Shown here one piece after another: positions 1 through 9,351 of a DNA stretch of 41,584 nt (the stretch's first letter is position 1; every line of letters begins with the position of its first letter). The translations under genes were made by a program, and so were the position numbers. The stretch lies in assembly GCA_964618485.1 (NCBI GenBank), contig CAZUBB010000009.1, forward strand, positions 4,425 to 46,008, written 5' to 3'. This DNA is from an uncultured Pirellulales bacterium. Its GTDB lineage: Bacteria > Planctomycetota > Planctomycetia > Pirellulales > JALHLM01. The notes under the pieces were generated by a model. It did not search any database. It had not been told where the DNA came from and saw nothing but the letters and a program-made list of their open reading frames with translations.

Positions 1-44
1 GTAATCGCGGCGAGACGTCCCTTTCGGTCGTCGCCGCATCGCCG

Positions 45-2198
45 GTGGGGCGTCCGCTACAGCGAGTTGGGCAGCCGAGCGCGCCGCCCAGCGCCGTGAC
101 GATGTTGCGAATCGCACTGACAGTGGTACGACGCTGGTGGAAGGCGTTGGTGCCACTCAGCCTGGCGATGTCAGCCCTCGGAGCCGCCGCGGTGTATTGG
201 CAGTTCTCACCGGAATATCAATCAGCCGCCTGGCTTCGGGCTCACTCTCAGGCGCCGTATATCGCCTTTCAGCACAGCGATGACGCCAAACAGTTTGTCG
301 GCAGCCTGAAGGAATTGATGCGCAGCCGATTGCTGCTGGCTTCGGTGGCGAGCGATTCGGAAGTCGCCAACGTGGCCGAACTGGCCGTCGCCGTCGATCC
401 GATTGATGAGCTTGCTCGGCGCCTCGATGTGACGGCCGTGGGGAGTTCGGAATACTTCGCGGTGCACTTTCGCTGCGGCGACCCGGCGGCGGCCGCCGCC
501 GTGGCGAATAAAGTTGCGCAGGCGTTTATCCGCCTGCAGAATTCGGATGAACGCGACCGCAAAGAAAACGTGCTTACTCTGTTGGATGGGGAGCGAAGGT
601 TCCACGAAGGGACGGTCAAGCAACTCCGCAGTGACTTGGAGCGGCTGACAAGGGCGGCAACCGGCCAGCCGGCGGCGCCCGCGCCTAAGAATCAGGTGCA
701 ACCCCCTTCCGCCCTGGCCGAATTGCAGAGCCGGATGGTCAGCGTGGACGTCGAGTCCGCCGTGCTGCGTGCTGAAATCGAGTCGCTCAAGCAGTCCCCG
801 GAAACGGCTCCGCAGCAAATCTCCGAAGTTGAAATCGACGCCGCGATGAATCAGGACACCGGCGTGCTGCAGTTGCGCGATGAAATCACCCTGCTCGCGG
901 ACGAGCTGCGGGACTACGAGCGGGATGCGGCACCGGGCTACTTGAAGCAATCGACGGGATACCAGCGGACGACGTCGTTGCTCCAGTCGCGCAAGGAAAA
1001 GCTGGAAGACCTGCGCAAGCAGATTCGCGAGCAGGTCGTGGCGAGTTCACAATCGACATTGGAGGCGCGCCGCCGGGACGCCATCAACAGCAAGGAATCG
1101 GCGTTGCGCAGTCACGATATTGTGCGCAACGTTCTCAAGGAACAGTTCCAAAACGAGCTCAAGCAAGTCAAGCAGCAGAGCGGAGACTCGCTCGAACTGG
1201 AGTTCAAGCGGGCGGAACTCGAACAGGCCACACAAGTCTTCAATCTCGTTTCGCAGCGGATGCTGCAACTAAGGACGGAAATGAGGGCCCCTGACCGGGT
1301 CGTGCTGGTCGAGACGGCGACAGTTCCGGCGCAGCCACTGGAGAGTTTGCCTTTCAAGAAGATGCTGGTCGCCGCCGTGGCGCTGCTTATCGCTCCGTTC
1401 GGGCTGGCGATCGGCTGGGAGCGATGGATGGATCGCGTCGGCGATTCCGGACATCTGGAACAGCAGGCCCAGTTGCGCGTCTTGGGCGAAGTCGTCTCCA
1501 ATCCGCGCATTCGCGGTGCACAACGCACTCTGACGCTGCAGAAGCGCGATCCGATGAATGCGTTGTACGAAGAGTGCGTCGACAACCTGTGCACCAGCTT
1601 GCTGCTCGCCGAGCCGACGTGCCGCGCCCGCGTCGTCGCCTTCACCAGCGCGATTAGTCGAGAAGGCAAGACGAGCCTGGCGGTTCAGTTCGCTTCGAGC
1701 GTCGCCCGGGCGACGCGTTTGCCGGTGTTGTTGATCGACGGCGATATGCGGTACCCGGACATTCACAAGATTTTTGGCGCCGCCTCGTCACCGGGGTTGG
1801 CGGAAGTGCTGGCGGGCGGGGCGCGCTTCGCCGACGCGGTGGTGACGAATCGGCACGAACTGGTTCACATCCTGCCGGCCGGCAAGCTCAAGGAAAGCCC
1901 GCACAAGTTGCTGGGACAGAACGCGTTCAGCGAATTGCTGGCGGAAGCGCGCAAGCACTATCACTTCATCGTGATCGACACACCGCCCTTGCTCGCGGCG
2001 GGCGAGGCGCTGGTGCTGGCGAAAGAGGCCGACACCGCGCTGATGTGCACGATGCGAGACCTGAGCCGAGTGCCGCAGGTTCGAGCGGCGCAACAGAAGC
2101 TCTTAGACGCGGGGGTTCCGCTGTCGGGAGCCGTGTTGAGCGGCGTCTCGTCCGGCGGATATCGCTTCCGTTACGGCGGTTACGAGTTCCGGAGTTAG
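45..2198 (+). CDS. Polysaccharide chain-length determinant (Wzz-like) fused to a BY-type tyrosine autokinase (Wzc/EpsF-EpsG-like)
   Basis: 717-aa ORF with an N-terminal TM and Wzz-like segment (FSPEYQSAAWLRA), a long coiled-coil and a second TM (LVAAVALLIAPFGLAIGW). The C-terminal P-loop domain has Walker A AISREGKTS, Walker A' VLLIDGDMRYP, Walker B FIVIDTPP and a terminal Tyr cluster GGYRFRYGGYEF. The ORF opens at GTG 45; ATG 102 (MLRIALTVV) is an equally plausible start. Confidence 0.85.
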   Translation: MGRPLQRVGQPSAPPSAVTMLRIALTVVRRWWKALVPLSLAMSALGAAAVYWQFSPEYQSAAWLRAHSQAPYIAFQHSDDAKQFVGSLKELMRSRLLLASVASDSEVANVAELAVAVDPIDELARRLDVTAVGSSEYFAVHFRCGDPAAAAAVANKVAQAFIRLQNSDERDRKENVLTLLDGERRFHEGTVKQLRSDLERLTRAATGQPAAPAPKNQVQPPSALAELQSRMVSVDVESAVLRAEIESLKQSPETAPQQISEVEIDAAMNQDTGVLQLRDEITLLADELRDYERDAAPGYLKQSTGYQRTTSLLQSRKEKLEDLRKQIREQVVASSQSTLEARRRDAINSKESALRSHDIVRNVLKEQFQNELKQVKQQSGDSLELEFKRAELEQATQVFNLVSQRMLQLRTEMRAPDRVVLVETATVPAQPLESLPFKKMLVAAVALLIAPFGLAIGWERWMDRVGDSGHLEQQAQLRVLGEVVSNPRIRGAQRTLTLQKRDPMNALYEECVDNLCTSLLLAEPTCRARVVAFTSAISREGKTSLAVQFASSVARATRLPVLLIDGDMRYPDIHKIFGAASSPGLAEVLAGGARFADAVVTNRHELVHILPAGKLKESPHKLLGQNAFSELLAEARKHYHFIVIDTPPLLAAGEALVLAKEADTALMCTMRDLSRVPQVRAAQQKLLDAGVPLSGAVLSGVSSGGYRFRYGGYEFRS

Positions 2199-2246
2199 TC
2201 TCCACCCTGATCGTGTTTCGGATGCGGCCGAATACTCATTGCTAAG

Positions 2247-5200
2247 ATGCGGCGGTTGATCGACACCTTGTTCTCTGCAGAGCAGCCTGATCACGGTCGC
2301 GTGGTCAATTGGAAACTGCTCGGCGTCAGCCTCGCGCTGCTGGCCGTCGCGTTGCCGTCGCTCCATTTCTGGCAGCGCTACCAGGTTCGTCGCAACGCGT
2401 ACGGATTGCTCGAGCGCGCTACGGCATTGGAAGGTGAACAGAAGTGGCGCGAGGCCGCTGACTACGCCTATCGTTATCTGGTGCTGGTCCCCGATGACCC
2501 GACAGCCCGGGCTCAGTTAGCCCGCGCGTTCGGCAAGTCTGCCGTCACGCCAGCACAACAACGCCGGGCGATCGAGCTTTACTATCTGGCCGCGGGCGTC
2601 AATACCGGTGAGGTCCAGCGCGAATGCAATCGCAATGCGATGTCGCTGTTGTGGGAAATGGGCCGGCATGAAGAAGCGGTGCAACAGGCAGAGTTCGTGC
2701 TAAAGAGCGCTCCTGCGGATCTCCCCGCGCTGCGGATTCGGGCATTGGCCCAGTTAGCAGGTTACCGGGAAGGCACTCTGTCGACCGAGAGGACTGTTCA
2801 GGCCGGGCTGTACGAGGAGCTCCAGACGACGTGGGAACTGCAACCGCAGGATCTGGAGCTGGCCGGTGCGATGGCGATCGTGTATCGCGAACAACCGGAG
2901 CTGTTGCCGTCGGAATTGACGAACATTCAGGGGGAGCGGGAACGACGGGCCGACGCAGTGATGGATCGGCTTGTCGAGGTTGCAGCGGAGAATCCGCGGG
3001 CGCACGTGAGCCGTTTCCTCTATCGAACGCAGTACCGACTGCCCGGGGCTGAACAGGATCTGGAGACGGCCACGCAATTGGGTTCGAAAGATTCTGCGGT
3101 CCAGACGTTGGCGGCCCGCTATTGGCTCGGCCAGGCCAGGGAATCGCTGGAGCGTCCACAAACTACGGAAGTCACGGCGAAGTCGCAGCAAGCGCTCGAT
3201 CGCGCTACCGCCATTTACCAGCACATGATCGACAACTTGAGCGACGTCACCGAGTTGGCGCATATCGAGCTGGGAGATGCGCAATCGCTTCGTGGCGACG
3301 CGGATGAGGCGTTCGCAACGTGGGAAAAGGGCCTGCGAGCCCTGCGCGGGTCAAGCCTGGCATTGAACATGAGGTTGGCCGAGGTTCTGACGGATCGGGG
3401 CGAAGTCGACCGGGCTGCTGAACAGGTGCAGCGCGTACAGGGCGAGTTTGAACGTCAGGGCGGCTCCGATCCTGCTGAAGTCGAGATGACTCGCCGGTTG
3501 ATTCAACTTCTGCGCGCTCAGATCTTCGTGGCAAAAGGCGACCTGGCGGAAGCGGAGAAAATGCTTGAGAAGGCGGCGCTGGCGGGCATTTTGAGCGACG
3601 CCGTGAGCCTCCGTGCGCAGCGTGTTTGGTTCGCGTTGGGCGAAGCGCGTGGACGAATCGGCGCCTGGGATCAGGCGGCCGCGGCGTTCGAGCAAGCGAC
3701 CCGGTTGGAGTCTCGCGGCGCCGGTTCGCAGTTCGGCGCGGCGGTGGCCTGGCATCACGCGCACCGACTGGACCTGGCGATCCCGTACTACCAGCAAGTG
3801 GCAAAACAGGCGGAGTCGTTCGACCTGTGGCTCGCCTTAGCCGAAGCGCGCCTGGAGCAAAATGCGTCGCATGTGGAATCCCAGGGGGATTGGCAGGCGG
3901 TTCGTGAAGCGCTCTCCAGGGCACGGGAACTTGCCCACAACGCTCCTTCCGGCCCCAGGGCGAAACCTTGGCGAGTGGCGCTGGTCGAAGCCAAAGTGAT
4001 CGTGGCCGGCGGCGACGGCTTAGATGCTTCCGACGCGGACCGCCGTCGGCGCGCGGCAGAGTCGCTGCGTGCGCTGGAGGTGGAAGGCGCTGCGGATCCT
4101 GAGTGCCTAAGCGAGTTGGCGCTGCAATATGCCCGGCTGGGCGATCTCGCCGCGGCGCGGCGCGTGGCGGCGCGATTGGAGACCTTGGTCGGCGGCGATT
4201 ATCGCTGGATCGTGGTGCAGGCGAATCTCGACGCGGTGGACGGTCGCCTCAGCGATGCTAAGACAGCAGTGGAAACGGCGCTGGCGCAAACGAGCGACAC
4301 CAAAGCGAGAATTGAGCTATTGCGGGCGTTGACCGGCGTCAGCTTGCTCGATCAAGATCTGGCCACGGTGCGCACGTCGCTCGAGTCGCTTCACGAGCTC
4401 GAACCCTGGAATCTGCAGACAACGACTCAACTTGCGGAATTGAACGTCCAACTGGCGGATTTCGCGGCCGTTGAGCGGCTGCTGCATAAATTCGATGCCG
4501 CCGGCGCGAGCGGGCGAACCATCGGGCTCTATTGCCAATGCTTGTCCCTGCTGTCGCAAGCGACAGGTCCACATGATCCGCGCGTGGTGCAGGCGCGCAC
4601 CATTCAGCAGACCCTGGAACGGGAGCGCCCGAGTTGGTGCGCCACGCATGCTCTGAAAGGTCGCTTGGAAGAAATGCAAGGATTGGTAGCGCAGGCGGCC
4701 GAGTCCTACAGCGACGCGCTGTCCCTGGGCGAACGGCGGCCGTGGGTGCTGGAACGCCAGGCGATGCTACTGATTCAGCTACACCGCTACGAGGAATCGG
4801 AGTTGCTGTTGCGCCGCTTGCAGGCGAACGGAGTACTCCAGGGAAAATTGGTTCTCGCGCCGAGCGACGGCCGTGATTTAACGCCACTGCTGGAAATGGC
4901 GCGGCGCGCCGCCGAACGCAATCCGCGCGATGCCCAGCCGCGGGTTTGGTTGGGGTATCTGCTGCTGCGACAATCTCGAGAGTCGACGCCGCCGGACGCC
5001 ACGTCGCTTTCGAGTGCGAAGCAGTGCTTTGAGGAGGCGCTGGCGATCGCTCCCCGCGATGGGTCGGCTTGGAACGGCCTATTCACCTATCATGTGCAAA
5101 CGGGACAGAAACAGGAAGCGCGCCGCGTGCTCGACGAGCTTGTCGCGGCCTGCGTCAGTGACGAACCCCAACGGGTTTTTGTGCGTGCCCAGGGCTATGA

Positions 5201-6719
5201 AGCGCTCCAGGACTTCGAGGCCGCTTCTCGCGAGTATTTGCGCGCCGCGGAGTTGTCGCCTGCGAATCAAATGGTGCAACTTCGCTTGGCCGGCGTGTAT
5301 TGGAAGACCGATCCCGCGCGGGCTGAAAAAGTGCTGCGCGAGATTCTACGGAAAGATCCGCAGTCCCAGGAGACGCGTCGCGCCTTGGCATCGCTCATCG
5401 TCGGCCGCAACGGCGTGAAAGCGTTAGATGAGGCGTTGTCGCTCGTGGAATGCGGCGCCCGACCTGATCGCGCCGCCACCGTCGATCTGCGATTACGAGC
5501 TCGCCTGCTGCTGCAGAAGTTGACGGGGGTAGCCGAGGCTCGGCGGGAAGCGCGGTTGCTGCTGGAAACACTGTCGAGCCGGCAAGGGGAGGCAACGGCT
5601 GAAGACTTCTTCCTGCTGGGCCAGGTATGTGAAGGCTTGCTTGAATTTGACGTCGCCGAAAGGCAGTTTTCAGCGGCCGCGTCGGCGGAGGATTGTTCCA
5701 AGGAGCGGCTCGCCGGATGCGCGGAGCGACTGCTGCATTACGAAAACGTCGATGCCGCGGGGCACGCCATCGCCAAGCTGACGCAACAAGAACCTGAATC
5801 GCCGCGAACGATCGGCCTCCGGGCTCAATGGCTCGTGGCGTCGGATCGACGCGACGACGCTATTACGGAATTGCAGACATGGGCGGATCTCGGTTGGATT
5901 TCCGCTCCGGACACGCGCCGCAAGGTCGAACACTGCGCCACGGCGGCAAGCATTCTTGAGTCGCTGGAGATGTTCAGCGAGGCGGAACTGTGGCGGAGGC
6001 GCGCTCATGAACTGAATTCCAGCAGCTATCCTGCCTTGGCATTGAATTTGGCGTTGCAGGGGGGCGGCAAAACGCGAGAAGCGATTCAACTCTGCCTCCA
6101 GGCGAACCGTGCCGAGAGCTCGCCGCGGAGCGCGATCGCGCTCGCCTCGGTGGTGGTTGCGTCGAATACTCATGCTCCGTTGGATCCCGCCATCGGGGAG
6201 GCATTCCAAGCGGCCCTCGATCGCCACGCGAAGAACCCTGATTTGTTGATCGCGCTCGCGAATGTGGACGTGGTGATGGGGGACGAAGCAGCGGCGGTGG
6301 CGAAGTACGAGCAAATCCACCGCCTGCGTCCAGAGGACGCCGAGGTCATGAATAATCTGGCGTCGTTGTTGGCCGACGATCCCAGGCGTCACGCCGAAGC
6401 GTTGGAATTGGTGCGCAAAGCGCGCGATCGCGCCGGCGACAACCTGCAATTGCTTGATACCGAGGCGCAGATCCTGTTGTCGCAGGGAAACGCCGACGCG
6501 GCGATCAACCGCCTTGAGCAGGCCGCGAGCGCCGACCCATTGGATCCTCGCGTGCAGATTCATCTGGCCGCCTCGTATCACCGGGCCGATTTGTCCGACA
6601 AGGCGCGCGCGGCGTTGGATCGCGTGAGCGCGGCGTCGCTGGCTCGGGAACTGCTCACGAAACGCGATCGCGACCTCTATGCCCTCCTGACGAACGAGCT
6701 CGGCACGTCGCCTCAATAG
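2247..6719 (+). CDS. Very large membrane-anchored TPR-repeat protein (PrsT-like PEP-CTERM-system TPR protein analogue)
   Basis: 1490-aa ORF with an N-terminal hydrophobic anchor (LLGVSLALLAVALPSL). The rest is Ala/Leu/Arg/Glu-rich helical-repeat sequence with many TPR-like units (e.g. AEVMNNLASLLADDPRRHAEALELVRKA). It sits directly after the chain-length/kinase gene. Confidence 0.75.
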   Translation: MRRLIDTLFSAEQPDHGRVVNWKLLGVSLALLAVALPSLHFWQRYQVRRNAYGLLERATALEGEQKWREAADYAYRYLVLVPDDPTARAQLARAFGKSAVTPAQQRRAIELYYLAAGVNTGEVQRECNRNAMSLLWEMGRHEEAVQQAEFVLKSAPADLPALRIRALAQLAGYREGTLSTERTVQAGLYEELQTTWELQPQDLELAGAMAIVYREQPELLPSELTNIQGERERRADAVMDRLVEVAAENPRAHVSRFLYRTQYRLPGAEQDLETATQLGSKDSAVQTLAARYWLGQARESLERPQTTEVTAKSQQALDRATAIYQHMIDNLSDVTELAHIELGDAQSLRGDADEAFATWEKGLRALRGSSLALNMRLAEVLTDRGEVDRAAEQVQRVQGEFERQGGSDPAEVEMTRRLIQLLRAQIFVAKGDLAEAEKMLEKAALAGILSDAVSLRAQRVWFALGEARGRIGAWDQAAAAFEQATRLESRGAGSQFGAAVAWHHAHRLDLAIPYYQQVAKQAESFDLWLALAEARLEQNASHVESQGDWQAVREALSRARELAHNAPSGPRAKPWRVALVEAKVIVAGGDGLDASDADRRRRAAESLRALEVEGAADPECLSELALQYARLGDLAAARRVAARLETLVGGDYRWIVVQANLDAVDGRLSDAKTAVETALAQTSDTKARIELLRALTGVSLLDQDLATVRTSLESLHELEPWNLQTTTQLAELNVQLADFAAVERLLHKFDAAGASGRTIGLYCQCLSLLSQATGPHDPRVVQARTIQQTLERERPSWCATHALKGRLEEMQGLVAQAAESYSDALSLGERRPWVLERQAMLLIQLHRYEESELLLRRLQANGVLQGKLVLAPSDGRDLTPLLEMARRAAERNPRDAQPRVWLGYLLLRQSRESTPPDATSLSSAKQCFEEALAIAPRDGSAWNGLFTYHVQTGQKQEARRVLDELVAACVSDEPQRVFVRAQGYEALQDFEAASREYLRAAELSPANQMVQLRLAGVYWKTDPARAEKVLREILRKDPQSQETRRALASLIVGRNGVKALDEALSLVECGARPDRAATVDLRLRARLLLQKLTGVAEARREARLLLETLSSRQGEATAEDFFLLGQVCEGLLEFDVAERQFSAAASAEDCSKERLAGCAERLLHYENVDAAGHAIAKLTQQEPESPRTIGLRAQWLVASDRRDDAITELQTWADLGWISAPDTRRKVEHCATAASILESLEMFSEAELWRRRAHELNSSSYPALALNLALQGGGKTREAIQLCLQANRAESSPRSAIALASVVVASNTHAPLDPAIGEAFQAALDRHAKNPDLLIALANVDVVMGDEAAAVAKYEQIHRLRPEDAEVMNNLASLLADDPRRHAEALELVRKARDRAGDNLQLLDTEAQILLSQGNADAAINRLEQAASADPLDPRVQIHLAASYHRADLSDKARAALDRVSAASLARELLTKRDRDLYALLTNELGTSPQ

Positions 6720-6722
6720 GAA

Positions 6723-7400
6723 ATGATGCAAGAACGACCCAAAAAACGAGCGATTCGGAGCGCGGCCTTCGCGATCGTCGTTCTGACGTGCTTTACGGTC
6801 GCATCAGGAATCGTGACTCGCACCAGCCGCGCGCCTGCAAGTTCAGGCCGATCGCAAGCGGTCGCCACGGCGATGGCGACCTATCCCGCGGAACTCGGCG
6901 CGTGGCGCCAGATCGCGGCCTTGCAACTTGATCAAGTGACCATTCAGGAGCTGCAGTGCCAGGCATACCTGCATCGCGTTTTCGAAAACCAGCGCACCGG
7001 CCGTTCGGCACATGTTCTGGTCCTGCTCGGACCAACTGGGACGATTTCCCTTCACACGCCTGAAGTGTGTTACTCCTCACGCGAGTTTGAGATTCTTGGC
7101 GCGTCGCAGCGCGTTCGGGTGACGGATGATGGTGGGACGGCGCATGAGTTTTGGCTGGCGCGAGTGCGGCGACGCGACGCCTCGGAGCAAGTTCTACGAG
7201 TCTATTACGGCTGGGGAGCGGATCGCGCCTGGAAAGCTCCCAGCAATCCGCGCTTCGAATACACGTTTGCGCCCGACCTCTTCAAATCGCAAATCGTCTT
7301 TCCCGAGACGGAAGTGAGCGGTGGCGTTGACGAGGAGCGCGACTTTCTTCGCGAGTTCCTGAGTACATCTGCAGGTCGTTTCTTCCTTGATCCTTCATAA
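6723..7400 (+). CDS. EpsI-family (exosortase-associated, DUF3485-like) protein
   Basis: 225-aa ORF with an N-terminal TM (AAFAIVVLTCFTVASGIV). The pattern YPAELGAWRQ...YLHRVF...HVLVLLGP...LHTPEVCY...VYYGW fits the EpsI family signature (P..lg.W, then H.PE.C). It starts 4 nt after the TPR gene stop. Confidence 0.7.
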   Translation: MMQERPKKRAIRSAAFAIVVLTCFTVASGIVTRTSRAPASSGRSQAVATAMATYPAELGAWRQIAALQLDQVTIQELQCQAYLHRVFENQRTGRSAHVLVLLGPTGTISLHTPEVCYSSREFEILGASQRVRVTDDGGTAHEFWLARVRRRDASEQVLRVYYGWGADRAWKAPSNPRFEYTFAPDLFKSQIVFPETEVSGGVDEERDFLREFLSTSAGRFFLDPS

Positions 7401-7505
7401 CGTGTCGCACATCCAGTGCGACGAACTTCACGCTTCGTTCGCGGTGCGCGCCCCGTGATGCAGCATTGTGAACAACTGGACTCCTAATCTCATGACGAGG
7501 CACCG

Positions 7506-8417
7506 ATGTCTGTGAGTACCGTCACCGAGCCGCAATCGCGGCTTCACTTGGACGACCAGGCGTATCCGTATGCCGCTAGTCGGCAGCATGCACCGGTCGC
7601 TGCGCCGTATGCCACGCGAAAGCACTTGCTGGACAGCGTCATTGCTGCGCTGCTGTTGATTCCGGCGCTGCCGATCATCGGACTGCTGCTACTGCTGGTG
7701 CGGGCGACATCGCCAGGGCCGCCGTTATTCCGCCAGGTTCGTGTCGGCCGCAACGGCGCCACGTTCAAGGTTCTCAAGATTCGCACCATGCGTTGCGATG
7801 CCGAGAAGGTTGGCGGCGCGCAATGGTGCTCCGGCGTGTCCGACCCGCGCGTCACGCGCATCGGCAAGGTGATCCGCCGGCTGCATTTGGACGAGTTCCC
7901 GCAATTGATCAACGTGCTCCGCGGCGAAATGGCGCTCGTCGGCCCCCGGCCTGAGCGGCCGGAGTTCGTGGACGTGCTTTCGCGCGCCATCCCGGGATAC
8001 GCGCGGCGTCATGACGTGCGGCCGGGAATTACGGGCGTCGCGCAGATCAATTTGCCGCCCGACACTGACCTGGAGAGCGCTTGCCGCAAACTTGAGCTGG
8101 ACCTGCAATACATTCAGCAGTCCCGGCTCTCCCTCGACCTGCGCGTCATCGCCTGTACCGGTCTGCGATTGTTCGGCATTCGCGGCAACTTCTTGATCTG
8201 GCTTACCGGCGTGCGTCGAGTACCCACGGGCGCAGTCGCCCTGCCTGCCGTGGACGCAGAGTATGCAAACCGTCCGATGACTCCGGAGTTGATCGCTCAG
8301 ATCGCGCAATCGTCGCCAAGTAGCGTTCCGAGTCCGCGGTCGGCGACTCATGGGTGCAACGGCGACGGTGAAATGGCCCCCGCTTCGATCGCCGCGACCA
8401 AGCGAAAAGCGCGATAG
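7506..8417 (+). CDS. Polyprenyl-phosphate sugar-1-phosphate (priming) transferase, Bac_transf family
   Basis: 303 aa with a TM (VIAALLLIPALPIIGLLLLLV) followed by PGPPLFRQVRVGRNGATFKVLKIRTM and DEFPQLINVLRGEMALVGPRPERPEF, the classic WbaP/EpsB-type C-terminal catalytic motifs. Confidence 0.9.
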   Translation: MSVSTVTEPQSRLHLDDQAYPYAASRQHAPVAAPYATRKHLLDSVIAALLLIPALPIIGLLLLLVRATSPGPPLFRQVRVGRNGATFKVLKIRTMRCDAEKVGGAQWCSGVSDPRVTRIGKVIRRLHLDEFPQLINVLRGEMALVGPRPERPEFVDVLSRAIPGYARRHDVRPGITGVAQINLPPDTDLESACRKLELDLQYIQQSRLSLDLRVIACTGLRLFGIRGNFLIWLTGVRRVPTGAVALPAVDAEYANRPMTPELIAQIAQSSPSSVPSPRSATHGCNGDGEMAPASIAATKRKAR

Positions 8418-9351
8418 TGCGGCGACCGATTCGCAATCTATTGTCACTGGGCAGAGCAGCTTGTTAAACGCGCTGACGATCGACGTCGAAGACTATTTTC
8501 AAGTCTCTGGATTTGAGCGGCAGATTCCGCGCGCGGACTGGCCGTCCTTCCCTTCTCGCGTCGAAGCAAATACCGAACGCTTGTTGGCGATTCTGGACGC
8601 ACACCAGGTGCGCGGAACGTTTTTTATCGTCGGCTGGACGGCGGAGCGGCATCCCGCGCTCGTGCAGCGGATCAAAGCCTGCGGGCATGAAATCGGGTCT
8701 CACAGCTACTGGCATCGCCTGGTTTACGAGCTTTCACCGGAGGAATTCCGCGCAGATTTGAGACGTTCTTGCGACGTGTTGTCGTCGCTCACCGGCGACC
8801 CGGTCCGGCTGTATCGGGCGCCGAGTTTTTCCGTGGTTCGGCAGACGCCATGGGCGCTGGAGATCCTGTCGGAAGAGGGAATTCACATTGATTCCAGCAT
8901 TTATCCGATCGTGCATGATCGGTACGGCATTCCCAATGCCCACCCGGGACCGCACCGGATCGAGACGAAATCCGGGTTGCTCTGGGAAGTGCCGCCGGCC
9001 GTGATGCGTTGGGGGCGATTCCGCTTTCCCGCCGGTGGCGGCGGTTACTTCCGGATGTTTCCCTGGATGTACAGCCGATTCTGCCTGAATCAGATCAATC
9101 GGCGCGCCGACTTGCCGTTTGTGTTCTATCTTCATCCATGGGAGTTGGATCCCGACCAGCCACGGCTGCGCGCCGGGTCGCGATCCGGCCGGCTGCGGCA
9201 CTACGCCAATTTGCGCCATACCAAGACGAAACTCGAGTTGCTCCTCAAGCGATTTCAATTTGGTTCGCTGTCGCAATCGCTGCATGCGATCGTCTCTCGG
9301 ATGCCGGAGATCGGAACTCCGAGGTCCTTGTTGAGCGCGGTGGCAGGATGA
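8350..9351 (+). CDS. Polysaccharide deacetylase family protein, PEP-CTERM-locus subfamily type
   Basis: NALTIDVEDYFQVSGFERQIPRADWPSFPSRVEANTERLLAILDAHQVRGTFFIVGWTAERHPALVQRIKACGHEIGSHSYWH matches the N-terminus I remember for the XrtA-locus deacetylase family. ATG 8350 overlaps the upstream gene by 68 nt; an in-frame TTG at 8461 is an alternative start. Confidence 0.85.
   Translation: MGATATVKWPPLRSPRPSEKRDSAATDSQSIVTGQSSLLNALTIDVEDYFQVSGFERQIPRADWPSFPSRVEANTERLLAILDAHQVRGTFFIVGWTAERHPALVQRIKACGHEIGSHSYWHRLVYELSPEEFRADLRRSCDVLSSLTGDPVRLYRAPSFSVVRQTPWALEILSEEGIHIDSSIYPIVHDRYGIPNAHPGPHRIETKSGLLWEVPPAVMRWGRFRFPAGGGGYFRMFPWMYSRFCLNQINRRADLPFVFYLHPWELDPDQPRLRAGSRSGRLRHYANLRHTKTKLELLLKRFQFGSLSQSLHAIVSRMPEIGTPRSLLSAVAG

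Noticed and set aside
5670-6731. 353-aa minus-strand ORF antisense to the TPR gene. Similar long antisense ORFs occur at 222-950, 10999-12042, 16800-17930, 19581-20615, 20763-21536 and 40576-41283.
   Set aside because: These are typical GC-rich shadow ORFs. Their composition is Arg/Pro/Ala/Gly-dominated and low-complexity, with no recognisable motifs. Each fully overlaps a plus-strand gene that carries unmistakable family motifs.
7404-7422. Hairpin GTCGCAC-atcca-GTGCGAC between the EpsI and priming-transferase genes, considered as an internal terminator
   Set aside because: It has only a 7-bp stem, is not followed by a T-run, and lies inside an otherwise tightly packed co-directional operon. 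It is more likely a minor mRNA structure.
9009-9347. N-terminal extension of the stp1-like glycosyltransferase ORF (the track starts at 9009)
   Set aside because: The extension lies entirely inside the deacetylase gene in another frame and is Arg/Ala-rich. ATG 9348 gives the canonical family N-terminus and an ATGA coupling overlap.
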